Assembly: GCA_037130015.1 (NCBI GenBank)
Contig: JBAXTU010000001.1
Span: 5,153 to 69,152 of the forward strand
DNA length: 64,000 bases
Direction of reading: 5' to 3'
From: a bacterium
GTDB lineage: Bacteria; Patescibacteriota; Patescibacteriia; 2-01-FULL-39-33
Shown: piece by piece, positions 38,111 through 47,500 of the stretch
Layout: each line of letters starts with the position of its first letter
How positions within the stretch are numbered: position 1 is the first letter of the stretch
Program-made: the position numbers and the translations under genes
Notes under the pieces: generated by a model
Told to the model about the DNA's origin: nothing
The model's input: only the letters and a program-made list of their open reading frames with translations
Databases searched by the model: none

Positions 38111-38668
38111 TTAAAACTTAACTTCTATATTTTTCTTTTCAGCTTCGTCAGCTTGAAAAAAGTCATATTTTTTAAATTTTAAAGAGGATGCAATGAGATT
38201 GGTAGGGAAGACCTCCATTTGAATATTGAAATCCCTGGCATTACCATTATAAAAGCGACGGGAAGCTTGGATTTTGTTTTCTGTGTCTGATAGCTCGTCT
38301 TGCAATTTCATGAAATTTTGGTTGGCTTTTAGATCCGGATAACTTTCAGACAAAGCAAAAATTGATTTAAGGGTTGAGGATAGCTCGTTTTCAGCTTTGG
38401 CCTTGGCTTCGGTGCCAGTGCTAGCCATGGCTGTATTTCTGGCATTAATTACTTTTTCCAAAGTTCCTTGTTCGTGAGTGGCATAACCTTTGACTGTTTC
38501 CACTAAATTGGGGATAAGGTCATAGCGACGTTTTAATTGGACATCAATGTCAGACCAGGCTTCGTCTGTGCGATTTCTCAGCTTGATCAAGCCGTTATAG
38601 ACAGTAATGAGCCAAACGATGGCTATTACTGCAATGGCGACAATGATCCAAATGATTGTGTTGGTCAT
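38111..38668 (-). CDS. lemA: LemA-family membrane protein
   Basis: N-terminal TM, coiled region, C-terminal FYNGNARDFNIQMEVFPTNLIA typical of LemA. Confidence 0.75.
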   Translation of the reverse strand: MTNTIIWIIVAIAVIAIVWLITVYNGLIKLRNRTDEAWSDIDVQLKRRYDLIPNLVETVKGYATHEQGTLEKVINARNTAMASTGTEAKAKAENELSSTLKSIFALSESYPDLKANQNFMKLQDELSDTENKIQASRRFYNGNARDFNIQMEVFPTNLIASSLKFKKYDFFQADEAEKKNIEVKF

Positions 38669-38867
38669 AGTTTTTAGAGTTAGTTATTTCCGCCAGTTGG
38701 CGGGTTATTTAAATTTTAATTAAACTTTGGATTAGACTAAAAATTTGATTTTATGTTATAATAAAATTGATCTTTGAATATTTCTTTCTTTTAAATTTGC
38801 AAAATTTATTGTATAATTATTTTATAACATCAACTGTTGATAAGTCAATCTTTTTAATATTTCATAA

Positions 38868-40319
38868 ATGCCGACGGAAGACGGCAAGTACATGAAAATC
38901 AAAAAAAATAAACTAAAATTACTCTCAATTCCAACCGGCTTTTATATTGTCGGCCTGTCTTTGGTTGCGGTATTGGCCGGTTTTGGCGTGGCACTAGCTT
39001 GGGATGAACCGCTTTCTTCTCCACCACAAGGCAATATTTCTGGACCAGTAAATATTGGAGGTGGTAATCAGACTAAAACCGGAGGTTTAAGAGTAGAACA
39101 GGGCGTCACCACTACCCAGGTTTGTTTTATTGGTGATAATTCTTGTATTTCCTCGGCACTAAATAATGGTTGGTGGGCGCAAAATGGCGCTAATGATATT
39201 TATAATATTAACACTCATTTTGTAGGCATTGGCACCAATAATCCTTCGGCTCCATTGACGGTTTCTTTGGGTGCAGGTATTACATCTAAATTATTAATTG
39301 GTGAAGCAGATCTTAATGAAAATCCTGAATTGCAACTTGGTTATGTTGGTGGTCATTGGGGAATGTTTGTTAATAATGGTCCAAATAGTGAAGCCTCTGG
39401 TTTTGCTGGCAATTTGAATTTTTGGAATAGTAGTAATCGTTTTTCAATAACTTCAGGTGGTTATGTTGGTGTGGGTACGGTAAAGCCAGCCACAAATTTT
39501 GAAGTGGCTGGCACTAACGATGCTGTGGGTACTAAACTTAGAGTGACCAATACGGCTGGTAATCCTGAGTTGCAATTGCAATATGGGTTAGCAACTGGCG
39601 TTGATCATTGGGGAATTTATGCCAATCATGCTGACCAAAGTTTAAGATTTTGGAATAGTAGTGATCGTTTGGTTATTTTGCCTAATGGTGATATGGGTAT
39701 TAAAATTGGTATTAATACAGTCACTCCGACAGCAGTTTTGGAAATGGCTTTACCCAATCAAACCAAGGGCTTGGTTATTCATGTGGCAGGTTCATTGCCA
39801 GACAATCCGTTGGAAATTCAAAATGATAGTGGCAACCCTATTTTTCAAGTTGATTCAACTGGTGTAGCCACGGCTACTGATTTTTGTACTGCTAGTGGCA
39901 AATGCCTGAACAATACGACCAGTGTTATAAATGTTAGTGGTGGGGGTATTTTTGTTGGTTATACGTCTTCAACATATAAGGGTGACAATAGTTCAGGACC
40001 AACCAAGGGATATATTGGAGCTAGTAATCTTTGTACAGCAAATGTGGTTAGTAGTACTCATTGGTGCACTTCTGAAGAAATATTAGGCAGTATTAACGTG
40101 GGTATATCTTTGCCAGCTATTATTATGTGGATTGCCAATGGTCCTCCTGGATATTTAGCACAAAATAATGATTGTTCTGGTCGCACTGCAGGTGTTATTG
40201 GTCCAATAAATAATCGTAATTTTGGTAATGTTTGGGTTTTTCCTTCAGCTAATTATCCGCAAGGCTATGGCTCCATAGTCACCTGTGACAGCACTTATTC
40301 ATTGGCTTGTTGCAAATAG
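38868..40319 (+). CDS. surface protein 1: tail-fibre-like GIGTxxP beta repeats plus shared Cys-containing C-terminal (C-type-lectin-like) domain
   Basis: Signal anchor. Repeats VGIGTNNPSAPLTVS, VGVGTVKPATNFEVAG, IGINTVTPTAVLEMA. C-terminal module ...HWCTSEEILGSIN...IMWIANGPPGY...NDCSGRT...VTCDSTYSLACCK. Confidence 0.6.
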   Translation: MPTEDGKYMKIKKNKLKLLSIPTGFYIVGLSLVAVLAGFGVALAWDEPLSSPPQGNISGPVNIGGGNQTKTGGLRVEQGVTTTQVCFIGDNSCISSALNNGWWAQNGANDIYNINTHFVGIGTNNPSAPLTVSLGAGITSKLLIGEADLNENPELQLGYVGGHWGMFVNNGPNSEASGFAGNLNFWNSSNRFSITSGGYVGVGTVKPATNFEVAGTNDAVGTKLRVTNTAGNPELQLQYGLATGVDHWGIYANHADQSLRFWNSSDRLVILPNGDMGIKIGINTVTPTAVLEMALPNQTKGLVIHVAGSLPDNPLEIQNDSGNPIFQVDSTGVATATDFCTASGKCLNNTTSVINVSGGGIFVGYTSSTYKGDNSSGPTKGYIGASNLCTANVVSSTHWCTSEEILGSINVGISLPAIIMWIANGPPGYLAQNNDCSGRTAGVIGPINNRNFGNVWVFPSANYPQGYGSIVTCDSTYSLACCK

Positions 40320-40331
40320 ATTTAATAAAAT

Positions 40332-42674
40332 ATGAATATAAGCAAAGCAAAAAAAATCATTCTCTCAGCATCTTTTGCAATTTTTGCTTTGTTTTTAGTT
40401 GGAATAAATTTTGCTCAAGCTTCTTTGATTTGTGAGACCAATTTTACCAAGAATGGTTGGATTTGCGATGGCAGTCAAGGAAAATCTTGGTGCGGTAATA
40501 ATACTCTTGATTGCAATAATGAGCCTACTCCAGGAACAAATGAGACTATTGATTGCAATACTTGTAGTGCGGTTTGTGTTAGTGGTTTTCAAAATTGTGG
40601 TAGTGGTTGTACTAATATTCCTCATGCCCAAATAATAGCTCCTAATTGTTCAACTTATGATTTTTGTACTGGTCTTTGCAATAGTTGTAGCGTTGATTGG
40701 AATTCTTGCAGTGGTGGCACTTGTAATATTCAGACTGGAACAATCTGTACAGTTAATAGCAAAGAAGGAACATACAATGGGTGTAATTGTATTTGTAGTA
40801 GTAGTGGATTAGCGTGTACTGCTGGTGATGGCCGAGAAGGAAGATATGATAATAGCTGTGTTTGTAATGTTGATACTCCGCCAGCTTTATTAAATTATAG
40901 CAATAATATTTATGATTTGATTTTAAATAAAAATCTTACGGTTTTTGGCGTTAGTAATTTTAATGGAAACATTACAACCGCTTCTACTAGTGTGACTAAT
41001 TTTTGGGGTGATGTTATTTTTAATGGCAAGTTTTGTTTGGGCGCCACTTGTTTTAGCTCGGCAAATATTTCTCAGTGGAACAATGATATTGGATATCTAA
41101 CCACTTCAACCATTAGTTCTACAACTTTAAATTTTTCCACTACCACTATTAATAACTTAATAACAAATCTTAGCTCAAGTACTCTTAATTTTTCAACCAC
41201 CACTGTTAATAATTTAATAACCAATATTTATTCCACCACTAGCGGTGTATGGATTTTGGAAAATAACAATCTTTATACCAGCTCAACTGTTCTTAAGGTT
41301 GGTATTGGCACTACATCTCCAGCTGGTAATTTGCACGTATCAAAAAACCAAAATGACTTGACAACACTTATTGTTGATAATCAAAACTCTGGAACAGTTG
41401 CTGGTTCAAGATTTGAATTAAGAAATGGTGCAACAGAAGCTGACGCAACTAAATTATTAACAATGGGGACTGGATTTACGACCAATGGAGCCTATAAACA
41501 AGACGGTAGTTTATTAGAGTCTGGGGCTAATCTTTCTGGTGGTTTAAGTTTATTGGCAAGAGGGGCATCTGCTGATATGAGATTTTATACTGGTGGTTAT
41601 CTTGATGCTAATCAACGGATGACAATATTAAGTAGTGGCTTTGTCGGTATTGGAACGACAACTCCAGATAGTCTATTAACTGTTGTTGGTAGCTCTTGGC
41701 CTTCTGCGACAGTTAGACTATCTAATGGAACTAATACTGCTTCTATTTTAAAGGTAGAAAACGATAATGGAGCTTTTGCTGAGCTAGATACTGCAGGGTC
41801 AGGTTCAAATATTTATGGTTTGGCTCCTGGAGATAGTATTTTATGGGCAAAGAATAATTTACAATTTGGAGCAGGTGGGGCACGTGATGCAAGGTTATCT
41901 ATAAGTTCTAATGGTAATGTCGGTATCGGAACAACAACTCCAGCAAATAAATTGACTGTGCAAGGTAGTATGTCTGTGGAGGGGACAAATGCCAACGATA
42001 GAATATACACAGCCAATGGTGTTAGAAGTTTAGTTTTAACTGGTATGCCTGGTAGTAATCTATTTAATCAAGGCACTTTATCCATAAATGCTTGGAATGC
42101 TGGTGCTTCAGGTAGAACATTGCTTGGCTTAGGAGTAGCTGATACTCAAGTGTTTAGAGTTGATGTTTCAGGAAATACCGAAATAGCCGGTAAAGTCGGT
42201 ATTGGGACAACTACACCTTCAACTGCTTTATATGTGGTTGGTACGACCACGGCTACTGATTTTTGTACAATTGGAGGTAAATGCCTAGGCTCTATGAGTA
42301 GCGGAATTTCTGGCGTGCAGGTAGTAGCTTTAACTGCTAGTTCATATACTGGTTTAACAGCTAGTAATACTGGTTATAAAGGTGTTGATACTTTATGTAA
42401 TACGGCTTCAACTGGCAGTCATGTTTGTACAACTGAAGAAATAATGAATTATGTTAGATATGCTTCGGCTATCCCTGCTTTTTTGGTAGGAAAATATGGC
42501 TGGATTGTCAGTGGTCCTCCTGGTTTTACGGTAGAGGCGAATGATTGCAAAGGTTGGAGTAGTAATTCAAGCAATGCTTTTGGGCGTCTTTGGAATTTTG
42601 GCGCTGGCGGTCCGCAAGGTGAGGGTGAGATGGCGCTTTGTTTCCAATCGTATCAGTTTATTTGTTGTAAATAA
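40332..42674 (+). CDS. surface protein 2: Cys-rich N-terminal domain, GIGTTTP repeats, mosaic cassettes, lectin-like C-terminus
   Basis: Sec signal (AQA/S). N-terminal roughly 150 aa with more than 25 Cys. Carries cassettes identical to genes 3 and 4. C-terminus ...HVCTTEEIMNYV...WIVSGPPGF...NDCKGWS...ALCFQSYQFICCK. Confidence 0.6.
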   Translation: MNISKAKKIILSASFAIFALFLVGINFAQASLICETNFTKNGWICDGSQGKSWCGNNTLDCNNEPTPGTNETIDCNTCSAVCVSGFQNCGSGCTNIPHAQIIAPNCSTYDFCTGLCNSCSVDWNSCSGGTCNIQTGTICTVNSKEGTYNGCNCICSSSGLACTAGDGREGRYDNSCVCNVDTPPALLNYSNNIYDLILNKNLTVFGVSNFNGNITTASTSVTNFWGDVIFNGKFCLGATCFSSANISQWNNDIGYLTTSTISSTTLNFSTTTINNLITNLSSSTLNFSTTTVNNLITNIYSTTSGVWILENNNLYTSSTVLKVGIGTTSPAGNLHVSKNQNDLTTLIVDNQNSGTVAGSRFELRNGATEADATKLLTMGTGFTTNGAYKQDGSLLESGANLSGGLSLLARGASADMRFYTGGYLDANQRMTILSSGFVGIGTTTPDSLLTVVGSSWPSATVRLSNGTNTASILKVENDNGAFAELDTAGSGSNIYGLAPGDSILWAKNNLQFGAGGARDARLSISSNGNVGIGTTTPANKLTVQGSMSVEGTNANDRIYTANGVRSLVLTGMPGSNLFNQGTLSINAWNAGASGRTLLGLGVADTQVFRVDVSGNTEIAGKVGIGTTTPSTALYVVGTTTATDFCTIGGKCLGSMSSGISGVQVVALTASSYTGLTASNTGYKGVDTLCNTASTGSHVCTTEEIMNYVRYASAIPAFLVGKYGWIVSGPPGFTVEANDCKGWSSNSSNAFGRLWNFGAGGPQGEGEMALCFQSYQFICCK
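41298..41634. repeat. 337-bp coding cassette, near-identical copy at 43464-43800
   Basis: Direct comparison shows two mismatches (cttgat vs gctgat). Encodes GIGTTSPAGNLHVSKNQNDLTTLIVDNQNSGTVAGSRFELRNGATEADATKLL...RFYTGGY in surface proteins 2 and 3. Confidence 0.9.
41635..41941. repeat. 307-bp coding cassette, identical copy at 45586-45892
   Basis: Encodes GFVGIGTTTPDSLLTVVGSSWPSATVRLSNGTNTASILKVENDNGAFAELD...NGNVGIGTTTP in surface proteins 2 and 4. Directly abuts the first cassette. Confidence 0.9.
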
Positions 42675-42689
42675 TTTTTTTAAATAATT

Positions 42690-44567
42690 ATGAATTTTAA
42701 ACAAGCAAATTTGGCAGGTAAAATTATAATGGTTTCAGCCATGTTGGTTTTTGGTTTGTTTTTTTCGCATACTGTTAATGCTGTTTGTACGGAATTTATT
42801 AATGGCACTCACTGGTGCACGCCAGGCCAAACTCTTTGCGGTACGGCTGTGGCCGGTGGCTTAAATTCTTCTTATTTTTGTTTTGCGACTCAGCCGACTT
42901 GTGGATCTAATCAAGTAGAAAGTTGTGCTTCAACAAATCCTAGTTGTTGTGCTTGTTCCCCTGGCTATACAATGTGCAGTGGAACTTGTAAATCAAATAC
43001 TCCTGTTGGTTGTAAGGCTGGTGAAAGCTGGGATGCCTGTTCCCAGACTTGTACTTGTAGTAGTGGCAATGTTTGTAGCACTAATGGTGCTTGTAATGCA
43101 TCTTGCAGTATAACAGAATCTTATGATGCGATATCTTGTATGTGTGTGAGCAGATTTTATTGGAATTTAATAAATAGCAATACTTTGTCGCCGTATAATG
43201 CTAGTTTTAATGTCGGTATTGGTACAACAGGTACTTCGGCTTCAAATAAATTAACTGTCACTGGATCTGCGTTTATTCCTAATACTAATGTTTCTAGTAC
43301 GGTTATGGTTTCTGGTGCTTATGGTGGTGGTATTTTAATGCAAGATACAAAATATGGTGGAATTTGGATGAATGATCTTGGTGCCACTTTGAATTTCAGT
43401 TCTAATGGAACATCAGCTGGTTTTGGCAGTAATTATGGCCAAATGGTTTTAAAAAATGGTTATGTTGGTATTGGCACTACATCTCCAGCTGGTAATTTGC
43501 ACGTATCAAAAAACCAAAATGACTTGACAACACTTATTGTTGATAATCAAAACTCTGGAACAGTTGCTGGTTCAAGATTTGAATTAAGAAATGGTGCAAC
43601 AGAAGCTGACGCAACTAAATTATTAACAATGGGGACTGGATTTACGACCAATGGAGCCTATAAACAAGACGGTAGTTTATTAGAGTCTGGGGCTAATCTT
43701 TCTGGTGGTTTAAGTTTATTGGCAAGAGGGGCATCTGCTGATATGAGATTTTATACTGGTGGTTATGCTGATGCTAATCAACGGATGACAATATTAAGTA
43801 CTGGCAATGTTGGTATTGGGACAACTACGCCGGGAGTAAAATTAGATGTCTATGGTGGAAGTATTAGGCAAGATGGCGGAACATATAATTTGACCGTAAG
43901 TAATGGCTCAACCGTTACTGGCAGTAATCATCTTATTGTTACTGCTTCTAGTAGCTATATGCAGTTAAATGCTCCTAATAATAGTATAATATTGAATGCT
44001 GGTAATAAGCCTAGTGATTATATCTCATTTAATAGTGGAGATGGAGCAGTGGAATATATGAAGGTGGCTTATGGTGGTGCTGTCAGTATTCCAGGAGCCT
44101 TAGCGGTTGGTAGTTTTAATCTTGCTACAGGCGCTTCAGCTGGTAAAGTCCTAACTTCTGATGTTTCTGGTAATGCCACATGGGCGTCTTTGCCTGCCAG
44201 TGGAGTTGCTGTTTTTGTCACAACCACAGTTGCTGTTTTGGGTGATAATAGTTCCACTTCTGTTTCTCCTGGTTATAAAGCAGTCAATGCTTTGTGTAGT
44301 CAAAAAGTTTCTGGCAGTCATTTATGTTCTGTTTCAGAAATTTTTAACAGTATAAATGCTAATGTGACCATGCCGACGGTTGCAGTTTGGATTTCTAATG
44401 GTCCTCCTGGTTATACAGCCCAAAGCTTTGATTGTAATGGTAGAACCAATAAGACACCAGCTCATTTGGGAGCTATTTGGTTGCCGGCTGGTACGGAAGG
44501 CGCTCCCGAAGGGCATGGAGCCTTGGTAGCCTGTGATAATAGTTGGTCTTTAGCTTGTTGCAAATAA
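42690..44567 (+). CDS. surface protein 3: Cys-rich N-terminal domain, GIGTTTP repeats, lectin-like C-terminus
   Basis: Signal peptide (VNA/V). Cys-rich N-terminal domain. C-terminus ...HLCSVSEIFNSIN...WISNGPPGY...FDCNGRT...ALVACDNSWSLACCK. Confidence 0.6.
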   Translation: MNFKQANLAGKIIMVSAMLVFGLFFSHTVNAVCTEFINGTHWCTPGQTLCGTAVAGGLNSSYFCFATQPTCGSNQVESCASTNPSCCACSPGYTMCSGTCKSNTPVGCKAGESWDACSQTCTCSSGNVCSTNGACNASCSITESYDAISCMCVSRFYWNLINSNTLSPYNASFNVGIGTTGTSASNKLTVTGSAFIPNTNVSSTVMVSGAYGGGILMQDTKYGGIWMNDLGATLNFSSNGTSAGFGSNYGQMVLKNGYVGIGTTSPAGNLHVSKNQNDLTTLIVDNQNSGTVAGSRFELRNGATEADATKLLTMGTGFTTNGAYKQDGSLLESGANLSGGLSLLARGASADMRFYTGGYADANQRMTILSTGNVGIGTTTPGVKLDVYGGSIRQDGGTYNLTVSNGSTVTGSNHLIVTASSSYMQLNAPNNSIILNAGNKPSDYISFNSGDGAVEYMKVAYGGAVSIPGALAVGSFNLATGASAGKVLTSDVSGNATWASLPASGVAVFVTTTVAVLGDNSSTSVSPGYKAVNALCSQKVSGSHLCSVSEIFNSINANVTMPTVAVWISNGPPGYTAQSFDCNGRTNKTPAHLGAIWLPAGTEGAPEGHGALVACDNSWSLACCK

Positions 44568-44594
44568 ACTTATTTAAAATTTTTATTTAAAAAT

Positions 44595-47500
44595 ATGATG
44601 AACAAAAAATTATTAACTTTTTTAGGAATTGCTTTAATTGTTTTAGGATTTTTATTATCGTCTCATTCAGCTCTAGCTTTGGTCTGTACAACAAATACTA
44701 CAAAAAGTGGATTTTATTGTTCTAGTCTTCAAAATAAATCCTGGTGTGGTAACGGTACTTTGAATTGTGATTATGAGCCAGTTTGCAGTGGCGCTAATCA
44801 AACTTTTACATCAAGTGATTGTAATAGTTGCACCTGTTCTTGTACTAGTGGTTATACTATGTGTGCTGGTGATTGTAAGATTAGTACTGGTGATTGTCTA
44901 CCTGGTCAACAGTGGAGCCCATGTATGGGTAAGTGTGTTTGTGATTCTAATCATTGTAGTAATAATGGTACTTGCAATATAGTAATTGGATCAAGTTGTA
45001 CGGTGGCATTTAAACCGGGACATTATAATAGTAGTTGTTCTTGTGTTTTTGAAACCCCTCCTGCTTTATTGAATATTAATGATGCCAATATTTATGATTT
45101 GATATTAAATCAAGGTTTGACTGTTTTAGCTACTACTACTCTCGCAGGTACCAACACTTTTGCTACCACCACGGTAAGCAACTTAACTGTAAATAATTTA
45201 TGTTTGAATAATGGTTGTAACTCTGACTGGCCAATAAGTGGTGGTAGTAATGTTTGGGTTTCATCAGGTAATATTATTTATCCAACCTCAACAGTTAGTA
45301 GTGTTAATATTGGGACGACTACATCTTTTGTAAATTCACGGTTTAATGTTTTGGGAAATATAAGTGCTATAAGTAACAATTATATTGCAAATAGTGGTGT
45401 TGGTTTATATTTAGGAACATTTATAGAAAATAATGGTTATGTTTATGGTGGTTCAATAATTAAAAACATTAATACCACTAACGGTGATGGTAATGGATTT
45501 ACTTTACCAAGACTAGGTTTTTTTACTTCAGGTGTAGTTAATGGTAGTCCAGCGCAGATAGCTGAAAGAATGTCAATATTATCAGGTGGCTTTGTCGGTA
45601 TTGGAACGACAACTCCAGATAGTCTATTAACTGTTGTTGGTAGCTCTTGGCCTTCTGCGACAGTTAGACTATCTAATGGAACTAATACTGCTTCTATTTT
45701 AAAGGTAGAAAACGATAATGGAGCTTTTGCTGAGCTAGATACTGCAGGGTCAGGTTCAAATATTTATGGTTTGGCTCCTGGAGATAGTATTTTATGGGCA
45801 AAGAATAATTTACAATTTGGAGCAGGTGGGGCACGTGATGCAAGGTTATCTATAAGTTCTAATGGTAATGTCGGTATCGGAACAACAACTCCTATAGCAA
45901 AATTAGTTGTTCAGACAACAGCACCTAGCGATGGGATTGCGTTAAGTGATGGGAGTAAATACAGGGCATTTTTAGCTAATAATAATAGTAATGGAGCTAT
46001 ATTTGGATTAAATGAGAATACTACCCTGGTAGTTAGGCTTGAGAGTAATAATACTTCTTATATTAATAATGGTTATAATTTTGGTATTGGCACTACCGAT
46101 CCTAAAACAAAATTAGATGTTCAGGGTGGTATTGTTAGTGCAAATGGATATAATTTAAGCGACTCAGCCACTGATAATCTTTTGGTTAATGGTGATTTTG
46201 AAATGAATAATATGTCAGGTTGGTCGGGAAATGGAGTAGTGACTTCTACTGCTGGCAGTTATTCTGGAAAATATGCCATGCAGATAACAGGTAGTCAGCA
46301 AATTTTAAGTGATGATTATATTCCTGTTGACCCAACCAGAGATATTTTTCAATTAGATGCTTGGGTTAAAAAAACAGTAATAGGAGGAGGTTTATATTTT
46401 GGTTATATTGCTTATAACGCTGATAAGGTAGAAATTACAACTCCTCCTTGTGGCACTTATTGTTATTCGGCAGCAGCTGCTTATGTTGTCCCTGTTGATA
46501 GTAGTTGGCATAAATTTTCATCAACAATGGTCGGAGAAGGCACTGTTTTTCCAAATTTCCCTGTCGGGACAAAATATATCAGGGTTTTGGGTTTAATGAA
46601 TTATGGTGGTACTGGTGGTCCTATAACTTTACTTGATCATGTCACTTTAAAGCGATTGGTTAAAGGCCCATTGATTGCTGGTAATAATTTTTCTTCTACC
46701 GGTTTAGTTGATCAAAATCAATATTCAACCTTATACACAACCGCCTCAAATAACTTGATTATTGGTTCTCCTGGCAATGTTGGTATTGGGACAACTACAC
46801 CAGAATCTAAACTACATGTGGCTGGACAAATTTCAACCGCACCATCTTTGTCAGGTTTAGCTGGAGCTGGGTTAGGATTGCAATTTTCTAATTCTTTAAA
46901 AATAGGAATAGGTAGTGACCCAGTAAGTCCGTATGGTGGTTGGTTTCAAGTCAGTAATGGTATTGGGAGTTCTTTCCCACTGCTTCTTAATCCTCTTGGT
47001 GGAAATGTTGGTATTGGGACTACGACCCCAGCAAATAAATTGACTGTGCAAGGTGGTGTACAAATTGTAGATGGTTCGCAGGCTAATGGTAAAGTTCTAA
47101 CTTCTGATGCCAATGGCTTGGCGAGTTGGCAACCTGCCGGAGGTATAATTAATGATGTTTATTTATATAATGGCGCCAGGATAATAACTGTTTCTACCAC
47201 AAAAAATAATTACTTTTTTGGTGGAGCTGGTAATACTGCTATGACTGGAGTTAATAATATGGCTAATGGTAATGGTGCTCTTTTATTTAATGTTAGTGGC
47301 AGGGATAATCTTGCCAATGGTTTTGGCGCTCTTACTAATAATGTTAGTGGTAGCAATAACGTAGCCAATGGTAGTGGCGCTCTTTATAATAATATTATTG
47401 GTTCGGGAAATTCTGCTTTTGGTTATAACTCTCTTTATAATAGTTTGGGTGGTACTAATATTGCTATTGGAAATTATTCTGGAGCAGGTTTGCAAAATGG

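Noticed and set aside
38868-44567. Diversity-generating retroelement (DGR) targeting the lectin-like C-termini
   Set aside because: No reverse-transcriptase ORF (no YxDD-containing ORF) and no template repeat in the window. Differences between the paralogous C-termini are not adenine-specific. The identical segments are internal cassettes, not VR/TR pairs.
41298-45892. CRISPR array or IS element explaining the repeated sequences
   Set aside because: The repeats are 307-337 bp, in frame inside long ORFs and encode protein. There is no spacer/repeat periodicity, no transposase and no terminal inverted repeats.
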